Origin: Candidatus Obscuribacterales bacterium
Lineage (GTDB): Bacteria > Cyanobacteriota > Vampirovibrionia > Obscuribacterales > Obscuribacteraceae
Direction of reading: 5' to 3'
Length of the DNA: 64,000 bases
Assembly (NCBI GenBank): GCA_965229195.1
Contig: OZ245871.1
Coordinates: 2,720,420 to 2,784,419 of the forward strand
The position numbers and the translations under genes are program-made. This document shows positions 19,830 to 28,906 of this stretch, piece after piece (position 1 is the stretch's first letter; each line of letters opens with the position of its first letter). A model generated the notes under the pieces. The model was not told the origin of the DNA, did not search any database, and saw nothing but the letters and a program-made list of their open reading frames with translations.

Positions 19830-19864
19830 AGAGCAGAGAGATTTTGCCAGAATCTCTCTGCTCT
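19830..19864. other. 14-bp perfect-stem hairpin (AGAGCAGAGAGATT / AATCTCTCTGCTCT, 7-nt loop).
   Basis: Lies ~80 bp downstream of the last gene of the minus-strand operon. No clean U-tract on either strand. Candidate operon-end structure or protein-binding site. Confidence 0.4.
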
Positions 19865-19939
19865 TGTTGGGGTAAGTTTGAGTGCTACTGCGCTTTTCGC
19901 ACGGTCTTGGATGTGGCTTAAACCTGGACTATATCTGCC

Positions 19940-20644
19940 TTAGATGTCCTTGGCCTTGCTCTCCATCGAGAACAGGTCTTTGCCGCTGGGTGAGGGCGGC
20001 AGTTGCTGACGGCTGACCAGCTTGAAGGTTTTGCCGTCGAAGTCGTAGGTGTTGATGGAGGCCGATGGCACCCCTTCTTTGCCCAGCTGCTCAAGATCTT
20101 CGCCAGCCCATTGCCATTGGCTTACGCTGACGACAGTTTCGTGAGTGCTGATCAAGACCACCGCTGATGGTGGCAGATTGTTGATGCGTTCTTTCTGGAA
20201 GTCGAGAAAACGCACCGCGACATCGTGCCAGTTTTCGCCACCTTCGGGGCGATAGTGCACCTTGCCGACTGTGCGCCGTTCCTGCCACTGGGTCGGGAAC
20301 TTCGCTGCGCGACCCTTTTTGGTGAGGTCGACGAAGATGCCAAAGTCGATTTCGCGCAGGCGCTCATCCAGCATCAGCTCGATTTTCGTCGGCAGCTTGC
20401 TCAGGGCGAAGGCGCCGGTTTGGGTGGTGCGCTTGAAGGGCGAACTGAAGCCGTGGGTCGGTCTTTCGCTCTCGGGCAGAGAGGCAAAGAAGAGAGCAAG
20501 CGCTTCTCCCTGCTCGTCACCGAGTTGAGAAAGCGGCACCGCTGAGTCTGGTAGAAGCTCGGGCGGAACAACCTCAGCATCGGGGTTGCTCATTCGCCAG
20601 CGCATGGCAGCGCTTTCACAGTGTCTTAGAACATATATTCGCAT
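19940..20644 (-). CDS. Histidine phosphatase superfamily protein (PGM-like). Start at MRIYVLRHCES.
   Basis: N-terminal RHG-type catalytic motif (VLRHCES). GGAG 8 nt upstream. Last gene of the operon. Confidence 0.65.
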   Translation of the reverse strand: MRIYVLRHCESAAMRWRMSNPDAEVVPPELLPDSAVPLSQLGDEQGEALALFFASLPESERPTHGFSSPFKRTTQTGAFALSKLPTKIELMLDERLREIDFGIFVDLTKKGRAAKFPTQWQERRTVGKVHYRPEGGENWHDVAVRFLDFQKERINNLPPSAVVLISTHETVVSVSQWQWAGEDLEQLGKEGVPSASINTYDFDGKTFKLVSRQQLPPSPSGKDLFSMESKAKDI

Positions 20645-20669
20645 GGGTGCTCCATTGTATCGTGTTGGT

Positions 20670-21872
20670 TTAAGCGCTGGCGCTGCTTTTCGACAAGGCT
20701 GCTCGAATGTAGGCGAGAATCTTCTTCTCACCAGACCCGGGCACCAGAATTCTTTTGCTGTTCTTGCCTTTCTTGTCGTTGATGATGTTGGCAGCGAAGC
20801 TCTCGAGTTGAGAAAGGAATGCCGCTAGTTGCGGCTGGTTGATGTTTTCAGCGCAGACGCCGAAGTTGTTGTCGCCGACGGCATGAGCGTTGATCTGTTG
20901 CTCGTAGACTGCCAGCGGAATCAGGTAGGCCGGAATGCCTAGGTACATTGCCTCCGAAACCAGGGTGTGGCCACCGGTGGTGACAATGCCCTGGCATTCG
21001 GCTAGCACATCGAGGAAGCGTGGATCGCCATGGCGACGCAAAGTGACGTTGCTGGGCAGCCCAGCCAGCAGATGCTGCGGAAGTTCTTTGACAAAGACAT
21101 GGAAGTGATACTCGGGGGCTGAGGACAGCACGGTGAGTACCTCTTCGTAGCTTTGGACAAAGTCTCTTTGCGACGAGATGTAGACCAGAATTGATCTGGA
21201 ATTGGTCCCGCTTCCAGATTTGCATTTGTCCTTCTGAGCCTGGAGGCGCCGCTTCTTCATCGCCACGATGGCTGGCTTGATGATGGGCGGGCAGATGATC
21301 ACCTTTTCGCTGGCAGCACTTTTGCCGTCAGCGCGCCGTGGCACAGTGAAGAAGGAGCAGGCCAGCCGCAAGGCTGCCGTTGGAAAGAAGAGCCGGAGTC
21401 GAGCTACTTCATCGAGGCAGGTCTGGCCCGCGATGGCTTGGCTGTAATCACCGACCAGATATTTGCTCTGCTGGTCGATTGTCACCAGGGGCGTGCCGCT
21501 GGCATAGGCGTACTGAGCGCTGACAGGCTCGTAGTCTGAGATCACCAGGTCGGGTTTGCCGATCAGCTTTTGCGTCAATTCCATGGCCGCCAGGTTGATG
21601 GCCTCATGGTCAATGCCGCTGGCGGCGATGCGTCGGGCAGTCTCAGCGAAATCGAGGCCCTGGGCGTTGCCGACGTAGAAGGGCACCGAGACAGTCAACA
21701 CCGTGACATTTTCGCTCTGGCGGAAATGCTCTTCGTAAAAGCTTTTGCTTTCGCCATAGACGAAGAGCACGATGCGATTGTCTTTCGCCAGTTCGTCGAG
21801 CAGCGGCAGCTGGCGGTAGGTGTGACCCATGCCGATACCACACACTCCATAGAGTATCTTTTTGCTTTTCAT
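20670..21872 (-). CDS. Glycosyltransferase, MGT/UDP-glycosyltransferase-like (GT-B fold). Start at MKSKKILYG.
   Basis: N-terminal YGVCGIGMGH. C-terminal GT-B donor-binding-like block (GIVTTGGHTLVSEAMYLGIPAYLIPLAVYEQQINA). Its ATG overlaps the upstream stop (ATGA). Confidence 0.7.
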   Translation of the reverse strand: MKSKKILYGVCGIGMGHTYRQLPLLDELAKDNRIVLFVYGESKSFYEEHFRQSENVTVLTVSVPFYVGNAQGLDFAETARRIAASGIDHEAINLAAMELTQKLIGKPDLVISDYEPVSAQYAYASGTPLVTIDQQSKYLVGDYSQAIAGQTCLDEVARLRLFFPTAALRLACSFFTVPRRADGKSAASEKVIICPPIIKPAIVAMKKRRLQAQKDKCKSGSGTNSRSILVYISSQRDFVQSYEEVLTVLSSAPEYHFHVFVKELPQHLLAGLPSNVTLRRHGDPRFLDVLAECQGIVTTGGHTLVSEAMYLGIPAYLIPLAVYEQQINAHAVGDNNFGVCAENINQPQLAAFLSQLESFAANIINDKKGKNSKRILVPGSGEKKILAYIRAALSKSSASA

Positions 21873-22810
21873 AAATCCTCCAGTGTGTGGTTGATGAAGG
21901 GTAGTGAGCCTTCCAGCTCCCAAACCGGTAATTTCGTCAGCGCTCGGGAGAGCTCGTTCGCCAGTCGCTTGTTGACGCCGCTGGGCGGGCTGCCAGCAAA
22001 GACGAGACGGCCGCCAGCTAAGACGATGTCAGCATTGACGGCATCGAGGAAGAAGGGATAGAGCTTATGCAGCGCCGAGAGGGCGCTGAGCTGCCTCGAC
22101 TTTTCGGCGCCGTCGTTGAGACGCGGCAAGCTGATCAAGGTCACTGCCTGTGGTGCCGGGTCGGCATAGAAGCGCTTGCTCAGACTGAAAGCAGAGCGAC
22201 CTTCGTAGCCAACTTCCTCGTTTTCCAGCGCTTCCGGCAAGTGTCTGGCCAGGTCTTCTGCCCTGGTGGTGATGGTGCGGGTGCCGGCGATGGCAGTGAT
22301 AATTGCAGGGTCTTCTTTGCTTGAACCCGGTGAAATTTTCACCAGGGTACGGTTGCCAGAGAAGACTTTGTAGCCGCGCGCTAGAGCACTCAGCGTTACT
22401 GCTGTTTTGCCCACACCGGAATGGCCGACGATCAGGCTCAATTGCTGTTGCTGATTTTCCAGGCAGGCAGCGTGAACGCAGTAGAGCCCCTGCTTCAGCC
22501 ACTTCTGCCGGGCAATGCCGTAGGTGAGGAAGATCAGGTCCATCAGCGCGTCAGCGGTGCTCGGCGTGAAGAAGGTATAGCCGTAGCCGTTCTTGCTCAG
22601 CGACAATCTCGGCCTGCTTGATTGCCGCAGGGCGATAGTGACCAGGCCTTTCTCTCTTTTCGCGCTGGGATCAGCTAGCTCGACGCCTGGCAGATAGGCC
22701 CCTAAGAGCAGACACGCTGCCGGGTCATCGAAGAGCGGCTGGGGCAGGTCGAGCAAAACTTGCAGTGCACCTGGCAGCCGCAAGAGATACTGATGTTTGG
22801 CGCTAGACAT
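21869..22810 (-). CDS. HPr-kinase-related P-loop protein (HprK C-terminal-domain-like).
   Basis: Walker A GHSGVGKT in a ~310-aa protein of HprK-like size. Start at MSSAKHQ, which overlaps the upstream gene by 8 nt. Confidence 0.55.
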   Translation of the reverse strand: MSSAKHQYLLRLPGALQVLLDLPQPLFDDPAACLLLGAYLPGVELADPSAKREKGLVTIALRQSSRPRLSLSKNGYGYTFFTPSTADALMDLIFLTYGIARQKWLKQGLYCVHAACLENQQQQLSLIVGHSGVGKTAVTLSALARGYKVFSGNRTLVKISPGSSKEDPAIITAIAGTRTITTRAEDLARHLPEALENEEVGYEGRSAFSLSKRFYADPAPQAVTLISLPRLNDGAEKSRQLSALSALHKLYPFFLDAVNADIVLAGGRLVFAGSPPSGVNKRLANELSRALTKLPVWELEGSLPFINHTLEDL

Positions 22811-23993
22811 TTTGTACCTCCTTTCGGCTGGCTTGGTTATTGGCTTGAGTATTGGTTGGAGCGCAGCTTTGCCGCTGGCTTTGCTGATAGACCAGTTCAG
22901 CGACATGCTGCGCGCCGCCTGAGCCAAACCGCTCTACCAGTGCCGTTAGGCGGCTGTTTTGCGGCAGTGCTTTGATTTGCCGGCGCAGCAATTTGGCCAA
23001 GCGGGTCTTTGCTCTCTTCGAGCTTTGCCCCTGCTCTAGGGCGGCGGCAATGCTTTTAAGAACAGCACCTTGGTCGGCGCTGTAGTCGATGGCGCTGACT
23101 GGCAGAATCTGGTGCCAGTCGACCAGGCCGTCCACCAGACTGCTCTGGTTCAAAAGCGCCAACTGCTGACCCTGGCTGTCGTTGGCCGGTGGCAACCAGA
23201 TGGTTGGTGTGTCGAAGCGAGCAGCGTCGTAGATATTGCCCAGACCCGGCGTCATCAGAGCATATTTTGCTTGTTGCAGAACAACTTGCATTTGCTCGCG
23301 GCTGAGGTTCTTGGCGCCGAGGTGAGCCAGTGCAGCCGAGATAGCGGAGTTGGCTGCGACCACGACCTTTTGGCCAGCCAGGGTGGGCAGCACTGCTTCG
23401 AGAATTTGGCGGGCATAAGAGAGCGCCTCATTGCCTGTCCACAGCGGATTGCTCAGGCCGCCGAGGTTGACCAGAACCAGGTCTTTGGCGCTGTCGGTCT
23501 TGCCGCCGGGCTCATTGTCTGACTGCTGGCCGACAATTGGCGCTACCGTCTGCCAGTTGGCGGCCGCGAATTCAGGCGATTTCAGCCGCTCTTCCACCCC
23601 GAAGAAGTTCTGGGCGATGTACAAATCGACGTGCTGAACTACGGCTGGAATGGTCTTCCAATACCAGGTGAGTGGGTCGTAGATACAGACCGTCAGACCC
23701 TGCCCTAGTGCTTTTTCGGCCATGGCAAAGTCGAGGGCGGTGAGGAAGATGTCGTATTGAGCGAAGATTTCTTTCAGTGCTTCTTCGCTGAGCTGGCTGG
23801 CGTCATAGATGGCGTCGTAGGCAAGCGGCCTCTGCAAATCGAGAGTGTGACCGGTGCCGACGAAACCAATGGTGCTGAACTGCTTGCGCAGAAAAGGGAA
23901 GCAGTCAGCAATGGCAGCGGTTGGTCCGAAGCCAAAGGCCTCGGCGTTGAGCAACAGCCGCGGCTTTGTCTGTTCAGTATTTTTCCTGGCCAT
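22803..23993 (-). CDS. Hypothetical GT-B-like (glycosyltransferase-like) protein.
   Basis: C-terminal block resembles a GT-B nucleotide-sugar-binding half (…YALMTPGLGNIYDAARFDTPTIWLPPANDSQGQQLA). Weak assignment. Overlaps the upstream gene by 20 nt. Confidence 0.45.
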   Translation of the reverse strand: MARKNTEQTKPRLLLNAEAFGFGPTAAIADCFPFLRKQFSTIGFVGTGHTLDLQRPLAYDAIYDASQLSEEALKEIFAQYDIFLTALDFAMAEKALGQGLTVCIYDPLTWYWKTIPAVVQHVDLYIAQNFFGVEERLKSPEFAAANWQTVAPIVGQQSDNEPGGKTDSAKDLVLVNLGGLSNPLWTGNEALSYARQILEAVLPTLAGQKVVVAANSAISAALAHLGAKNLSREQMQVVLQQAKYALMTPGLGNIYDAARFDTPTIWLPPANDSQGQQLALLNQSSLVDGLVDWHQILPVSAIDYSADQGAVLKSIAAALEQGQSSKRAKTRLAKLLRRQIKALPQNSRLTALVERFGSGGAQHVAELVYQQSQRQSCAPTNTQANNQASRKEVQNV

Positions 23994-25122
23994 AGATTAA
24001 CCTTCCGAGTTTAGTTAGTTTTTCTGACCGGCGCAGGGCTGCTAACCGAGTCTGGTTGGTAAAACGAGGGCGCTTGCTGGCGTGCATCAAGGCGTCACGA
24101 ACATTGCTGCCCAGTCCGCTCTCAAAGGCGTCCTGCCGGGCCTGGCAAGCGCTCTCATCGCTCTGCCTTTGCGGGCCGAAGGCGATGTATGCGACTGTGC
24201 GCGTCTGCTCTGAGACGTTGCTGCTGTTGGCGTGGGTGGTACGGCTGTCCCAAGAAATCAGATCACCAGCACGCAGCGGGCAGAGCTGAGCCCCAGCGGT
24301 GAATTCGGCGGCGATGGCGTGACCGAGGTCGAGTTCCACGTACTCACCCTGGTTTTTGGCCATGGAGCCGTAAACCGAGAAGCTGTCGCGGGAGCCGGGT
24401 ACGCCGACGAAGGTGCCGCGCTCGGCTGGGCAGTCGGCTAGCGCCAGAACACCCTGGACAGTGCGGAAGTCGGGGTGCACATTGGGATTTTGGTCCACGT
24501 GCAAGGGCAGGGCTTTGCCATCGGCAAGACCTGGAAGCTTGATGCCAAGCCGGTCGAAGGTCGTCCACAGGTCTGCCCGGCCCCAGATCAGAACGTAGTG
24601 CAGGTAGACACGCACGCTCTGGCGGACGGCGGCGATGGCCTGGTCATGGTAGATTTCGAAAAATCCACGAGAGATGATCGGGACAGCGGCTTGATCGACT
24701 GGAATGTTGTCCCAGGTCGAAGGCTTGCTCAGGTCGCAGGTGCCTTCGCTGAGAGCCAGCAGAAGTTCATGCATGCGGGCCACGACTTCCTGGCATTGGC
24801 TCTGGCTGACGACGTTGGCGCCGACGACAATGCCATAGCGATTCCACGAATCGACGAACTCTTTCTCTTGGGTCAGCGGGTCGAAACCGATGACATAACC
24901 GTCCTGGTCGAGAGGAAGACGTGGGGCTGCGGCCGGCTTTGCGGTCGTGGCTAACTGGCGGCCATACTGGGCGTAGCGAGCGACCACTTTGGGATGGGCG
25001 CAACGCTTCTGCAGTTTGGCAATGAGGCGGGTCAAAAGCAGATCGAGCGGTTCTTCGCCTTTGTCGATGCGCTGAACCAGGTTGCGTATTGATTGGTCAA
25101 TAATCCACATGTTTTTTCTCAC
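23974..25122 (-). CDS. Phytanoyl-CoA dioxygenase (PhyH)-family Fe(II)/2-oxoglutarate-dependent oxygenase.
   Basis: HxD facial-triad-like LPLHVDQN, a distal His (TTHANSS) and PhyH-like length. First gene of the operon. Confidence 0.6.
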   Translation of the reverse strand: MRKNMWIIDQSIRNLVQRIDKGEEPLDLLLTRLIAKLQKRCAHPKVVARYAQYGRQLATTAKPAAAPRLPLDQDGYVIGFDPLTQEKEFVDSWNRYGIVVGANVVSQSQCQEVVARMHELLLALSEGTCDLSKPSTWDNIPVDQAAVPIISRGFFEIYHDQAIAAVRQSVRVYLHYVLIWGRADLWTTFDRLGIKLPGLADGKALPLHVDQNPNVHPDFRTVQGVLALADCPAERGTFVGVPGSRDSFSVYGSMAKNQGEYVELDLGHAIAAEFTAGAQLCPLRAGDLISWDSRTTHANSSNVSEQTRTVAYIAFGPQRQSDESACQARQDAFESGLGSNVRDALMHASKRPRFTNQTRLAALRRSEKLTKLGRLIYGQEKY

Positions 25123-25145
25123 AGAGTTGTCGACCGATGGAGCTC

Positions 25146-25161
25146 CATCGACCTTTTGTTA
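25146..25161. promoter_or_regulatory. Perfect 16-bp palindrome CGATGGAGCTCCATCG, ~20 nt upstream of the dioxygenase start.
   Basis: Seen in the sequence. Candidate operator. An upstream TTGACA-like hexamer is also present at ~25341. Confidence 0.35.
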
Positions 25162-25572
25162 CGTGAAAGCTGTTGATTGGCAGCTGGTAGATGTTGCCCT
25201 TTTGCTGTCTAGTGGCCGTGAAGATTCCCAGAGAGGATCTCGTCAGGTGGTTCTTGCAAGGGCCGTTGTGGTGCTGGGCGTAGGCGGTAAATAAATCTCA
25301 GAAAGTTAGAAGGTGATGTATTCAAACTACTTGGCTCTTTGACATCAATACAAGATCTGAGTAGTAAAGAGTTGCAAAGAGTTGAGGCCGATATTATGGA
25401 GAGTTTAGATGTGGGGCCGTAGTAGTGCAGCTAGCGGAGTTTCATGGGGTGGGGAAAGGGTTTCAACTATAAAAACTAATAGATAGGCGAAAAAAGAAAG
25501 CAAAGTGAGAGCCGTGGCTCCTACTCTGCTTTCCCAAAAGAGAAGTTCTCTTTTTAGTGCCTCGATAGCTGC

Positions 25573-27141
25573 TTACAGCTTCGAGTACTGGCGCAGCAAC
25601 TGGCCCAGGGTGCGAACAGCCACACCGGTAGCACCAGCCGCATCGACACCATGGTCGTAGCGACGGAAGCTCGTGCCAGCCACGTCCATGTGCACCCAAA
25701 CCGTGCCATCCTTGATGAACTCGCGCAGGAACCAGCCAGCCGAGATAGCACCAGGGCCGGTACCGCTGTTGTTGAGGTCAGCCATGACGCCCTTGTTGCA
25801 GTCCCTGTACTCATCGAAGAGTGGCAGTTCGTGCATCGGTTCGCCGGCTTCTTTCGAGCACTTCAGCACTTCGCGAGTGAAGCGCTCGCTATTGCCCATC
25901 ACGCCCGAAATCTTGTCACCAAGCGCCGTTTCGACATCACCGGTGAGGGTGGCCACGTCGATCACCTGGTTGGCACCGCTGACGGTCTGGATGTAGTGCA
26001 GAGCATCAGCCAGCGTCAGGCGACCTTCGGCATCGGTGTGACCGATTTCGACAGTCAGACCGGCCATGGTCTTGAGGATGTCGCCCTGGCGCATGGCCTT
26101 GGCGTCGATCAGGTTTTCGCTGGCGGCAATCACTGCCCGCACCGAAATCTGAGGCTTCAGCACCGACAGAATCGACATCACCTGCAACACAGCGGCAGCA
26201 CCGCCCATGTCGTTCTTCATGTCGAGCATGCCGTCGTAGTCTTTGGCGTTGAGGCCACCGGTATCGAAGGTGATGCCTTTGCCAACCAGACCGATCACCT
26301 GCTGAGTCAGACCGATTTCGGGGTCGTAGCTCATGGCGATGAAGGCCGGAGGATTTTGCGAGCCCTGATTGACAGCCAGAAGGCCGCCCATCTTGAGCTT
26401 CTTGATGCCAGCCAGGTCGAGCACTTCGCACTTCACCAGACCGCCCGAGTTCTCGGCCACAGCGCGAGCCATGGTAGCGATCTTCTTGGGCGTCATGATG
26501 TTGGAAGGCTCGTTCACCATGTTGCGGGCGCGATTGGTGGCGTCACCAAGCAGGCGACCCATGAGGATGCCCTTCTTGGCCGCAGTGAGAGTGCCGGCGG
26601 TGCAGAGCATCGTCAGCGACTTCAGGTGCGTGCGCGGTGCTTCGTTCTGCCATTCCCGCGTCTTGCGGTGGTTGGGCTCGTAGTCGGCCAGCACGGAATA
26701 CTCCGTCACGACCTGAGCGAACTGCTCGACGGTGAACCCTTGCAGGTCAACGTCAATCAGCGGGAAGATCAGGCGCTCGGAACCGGCCACGTCACGAGCG
26801 GTGGTGAACGCTTCAGCCAGAGCTGCGCGCAGACCATTGAGGGTGAGCTTGGAGCGTGCACCCAGGCTGACCAGGATGATTTTGTCCAGACCCTTGGTGG
26901 TGAGATCGGTGTCGATCACCTTGGTTTGGATGAACTTGGCTTGAAAGCCGTCCTGCTTGATACGACGCTTGATCAGACCGTTGGTCAGATCGTCAGCGGC
27001 GAGAGCCTGGCCGGAAAGCTTTTCACCAGAGAATACAACGAGAAGGAGGTTGGCGCGTTCTCCAGCTTTGACCCGCGTAATTGCCGAGTCAAGACGGCTG
27101 GACGTTGCCGAAATGATGAGAGACATGTTTGTTTTCCTCAA
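25573..27141 (-). CDS. pepA: Leucyl aminopeptidase (M17 family).
   Basis: M17 signature NTDAEGRLTLADAL and other conserved metal-binding blocks. Length 522 aa. Confidence 0.9.
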   Translation of the reverse strand: MRKTNMSLIISATSSRLDSAITRVKAGERANLLLVVFSGEKLSGQALAADDLTNGLIKRRIKQDGFQAKFIQTKVIDTDLTTKGLDKIILVSLGARSKLTLNGLRAALAEAFTTARDVAGSERLIFPLIDVDLQGFTVEQFAQVVTEYSVLADYEPNHRKTREWQNEAPRTHLKSLTMLCTAGTLTAAKKGILMGRLLGDATNRARNMVNEPSNIMTPKKIATMARAVAENSGGLVKCEVLDLAGIKKLKMGGLLAVNQGSQNPPAFIAMSYDPEIGLTQQVIGLVGKGITFDTGGLNAKDYDGMLDMKNDMGGAAAVLQVMSILSVLKPQISVRAVIAASENLIDAKAMRQGDILKTMAGLTVEIGHTDAEGRLTLADALHYIQTVSGANQVIDVATLTGDVETALGDKISGVMGNSERFTREVLKCSKEAGEPMHELPLFDEYRDCNKGVMADLNNSGTGPGAISAGWFLREFIKDGTVWVHMDVAGTSFRRYDHGVDAAGATGVAVRTLGQLLRQYSKL

Positions 27142-27197
27142 GCGCTAGGCTTATGGGCTTTGCGCATGTTTGAGTTTGTTGGTGAGTGAAACCAGCA

Positions 27198-27635
27198 TCA
27201 GACGGTAAGCAGGCTGACCTGCTCCGTAATGTTGGCGTAACCGCTTTCCGAATCGCCGACGAAAGTGGCGCAGGCTGTTCCGTCTTGCATATCAGACTGG
27301 AGCAGGGCGTCGACCTTGCCGTAATTCAAGAGTTCGGTATCGAGAAAGTTGAGAATGTGAACCTCGAGGTCTTGCGTCCGGGCGAGCGGGGCAGTGACAT
27401 AGAGGCTCGGTGGAACACCTCCGGAGAGGTCCATATCGTTGGTGCGGGCGATGACGCTATCACCGGTGGTACCAGGTGCTATGCGTTCCACCATGATCCA
27501 GACGAAGCGAGAATAGGTTGGTGTGGTGGACACCAAACGCATTCTTGTCGAGCTGAGGTTACCGGTAATTGCACTAAGCATATCGGCAACCGCAGCGCGC
27601 ACAAAAGATTGGGCGTTGCTGTAGGTTGTTGACAT
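27198..27635 (-). CDS. Hypothetical protein (145 aa).
   Basis: GGAGA lies 6 nt upstream of the ATG (MSTTYS…). No recognised domain. The overlapping plus-strand ORF is judged spurious. Confidence 0.45.
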   Translation of the reverse strand: MSTTYSNAQSFVRAAVADMLSAITGNLSSTRMRLVSTTPTYSRFVWIMVERIAPGTTGDSVIARTNDMDLSGGVPPSLYVTAPLARTQDLEVHILNFLDTELLNYGKVDALLQSDMQDGTACATFVGDSESGYANITEQVSLLTV

Positions 27636-28396
27636 AAAAATCTCCATGCAAGCAGCACCTGCCTAACTGCGAAACGCAAGCGTTAGGTATGTGCACAAGC
27701 AATAGGGGTTGGGGCGGAATTCGAATATTGGGGGGGTGAGAGAGACCTATTCGATTTATGAAAGTAGAAGATGTCTTGAATGTAGTGATGAGAGCTAAAC
27801 AGGATCAACTTCCACGCTCTCTAATAACTCTTAAAAGCACTAAACATTGTTAACAGACCGCTTTACATGCTCGCGTCAGCTCGCGCAGGTGGATTGTCAA
27901 GAGTTAAGCTCTGCTTTAGTCTTGGGCTTTGAAGATGCTTGCAGAGTAGGTGTTTTGGCGCCCACTGACAACCTCTTTTGCGCTTCTCTGCTTGGTTCTC
28001 AAGCAATTCTCATAATCTGCTTTAGATACATGGCTTGACATCACTTGATATCAAATGGCCATGCATCATAGGTTCCATAAGCACACCCAAACTCTTTCCC
28101 TTGCTCCAAAAAATATCCATCTAAAAGCGCACTAGTTCAACTTCTATATCACTTCTCCTTCACTCACCCTGGTGTGCTGCTCAGACTTCGTCTTGGTGAA
28201 ATCGTGAATATAAGCGCTTCTTGATGGAAACACTGTTCGGAAAAACAAGAATTGAAACACTCATTTTCTTCGCGTGCTTTTTTTACGCGGGTAATGAGTA
28301 ACACCATTTGGAATGGCCTGCTGGCATCAAGTGGTGATTTCGATCTGGGAAATTATCCGCAAGCTTTGCTTGCTTAAAAAAACAAAGGAGATCCAG

Positions 28397-28639
28397 ATGA
28401 GTCGTTCGTTGAAGCGGACCCCCATCACCGGCATGACTGATGCTGACTCGGAAAAGAATGACAGACGTTTGGCCAACCGCAAGTTGCGGCGCAGCACTCG
28501 TCAAATTCTTTCCCTGTTCGGCGTCGATTGTGACACCACTTCCCTGCCCACCATTCGTCAAGTCAGCGATGTTGGCTTGTTTGGCAAAGGTGGCAAGCAG
28601 TGGCTCGAGGACCCCGACATAAAGGATCTTATGAAGTAG
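28397..28639 (+). CDS. Small basic hypothetical protein (80 aa).
   Basis: Strong RBS AAAGGAG immediately upstream of the ATG. A G/C-rich stem plus T-run terminator lies downstream. Confidence 0.5.
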   Translation: MSRSLKRTPITGMTDADSEKNDRRLANRKLRRSTRQILSLFGVDCDTTSLPTIRQVSDVGLFGKGGKQWLEDPDIKDLMK

Positions 28640-28720
28640 CGATTGTGAATAATCGGTGGTTAGTGTCCAAGTGAAATAGTCTTGCAGTACTAACTTTCGA
28701 TTCTTCAGCAACCTTAATCA

Positions 28721-28770
28721 GGGGGGAGGGTAACAGGGCTCAGGCTCTGAATCTTCCCCCCGTTTCTCTC
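28721..28770 (+). terminator. G/C-rich stem (GGGGGGA…TCCCCCC) followed by GTTTCTCTCTT.
   Basis: Inverted G-run/C-run with a T-rich tail, ~80 nt after the stop of 28397..28639. Confidence 0.5.
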
Positions 28771-28906
28771 TTGGGATTCAGTGCTCTAAAATTTTTGGAT
28801 TTGGATACTACGCTGTGTAGTTTAAGATTTAGTCACTAAGCCGTAACAACTCGTTCCTATATTGAGAGCACAGAGAACCCCCCTCTCAACTCAGGTAGGA
28901 AGCGAA

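Noticed and set aside
25651-27189. 512-codon plus-strand ORF
   Set aside because: Fully antisense to pepA, whose M17 signature (NTDAEGRL) is unambiguous. His/Arg/Gly-rich nonsense composition.
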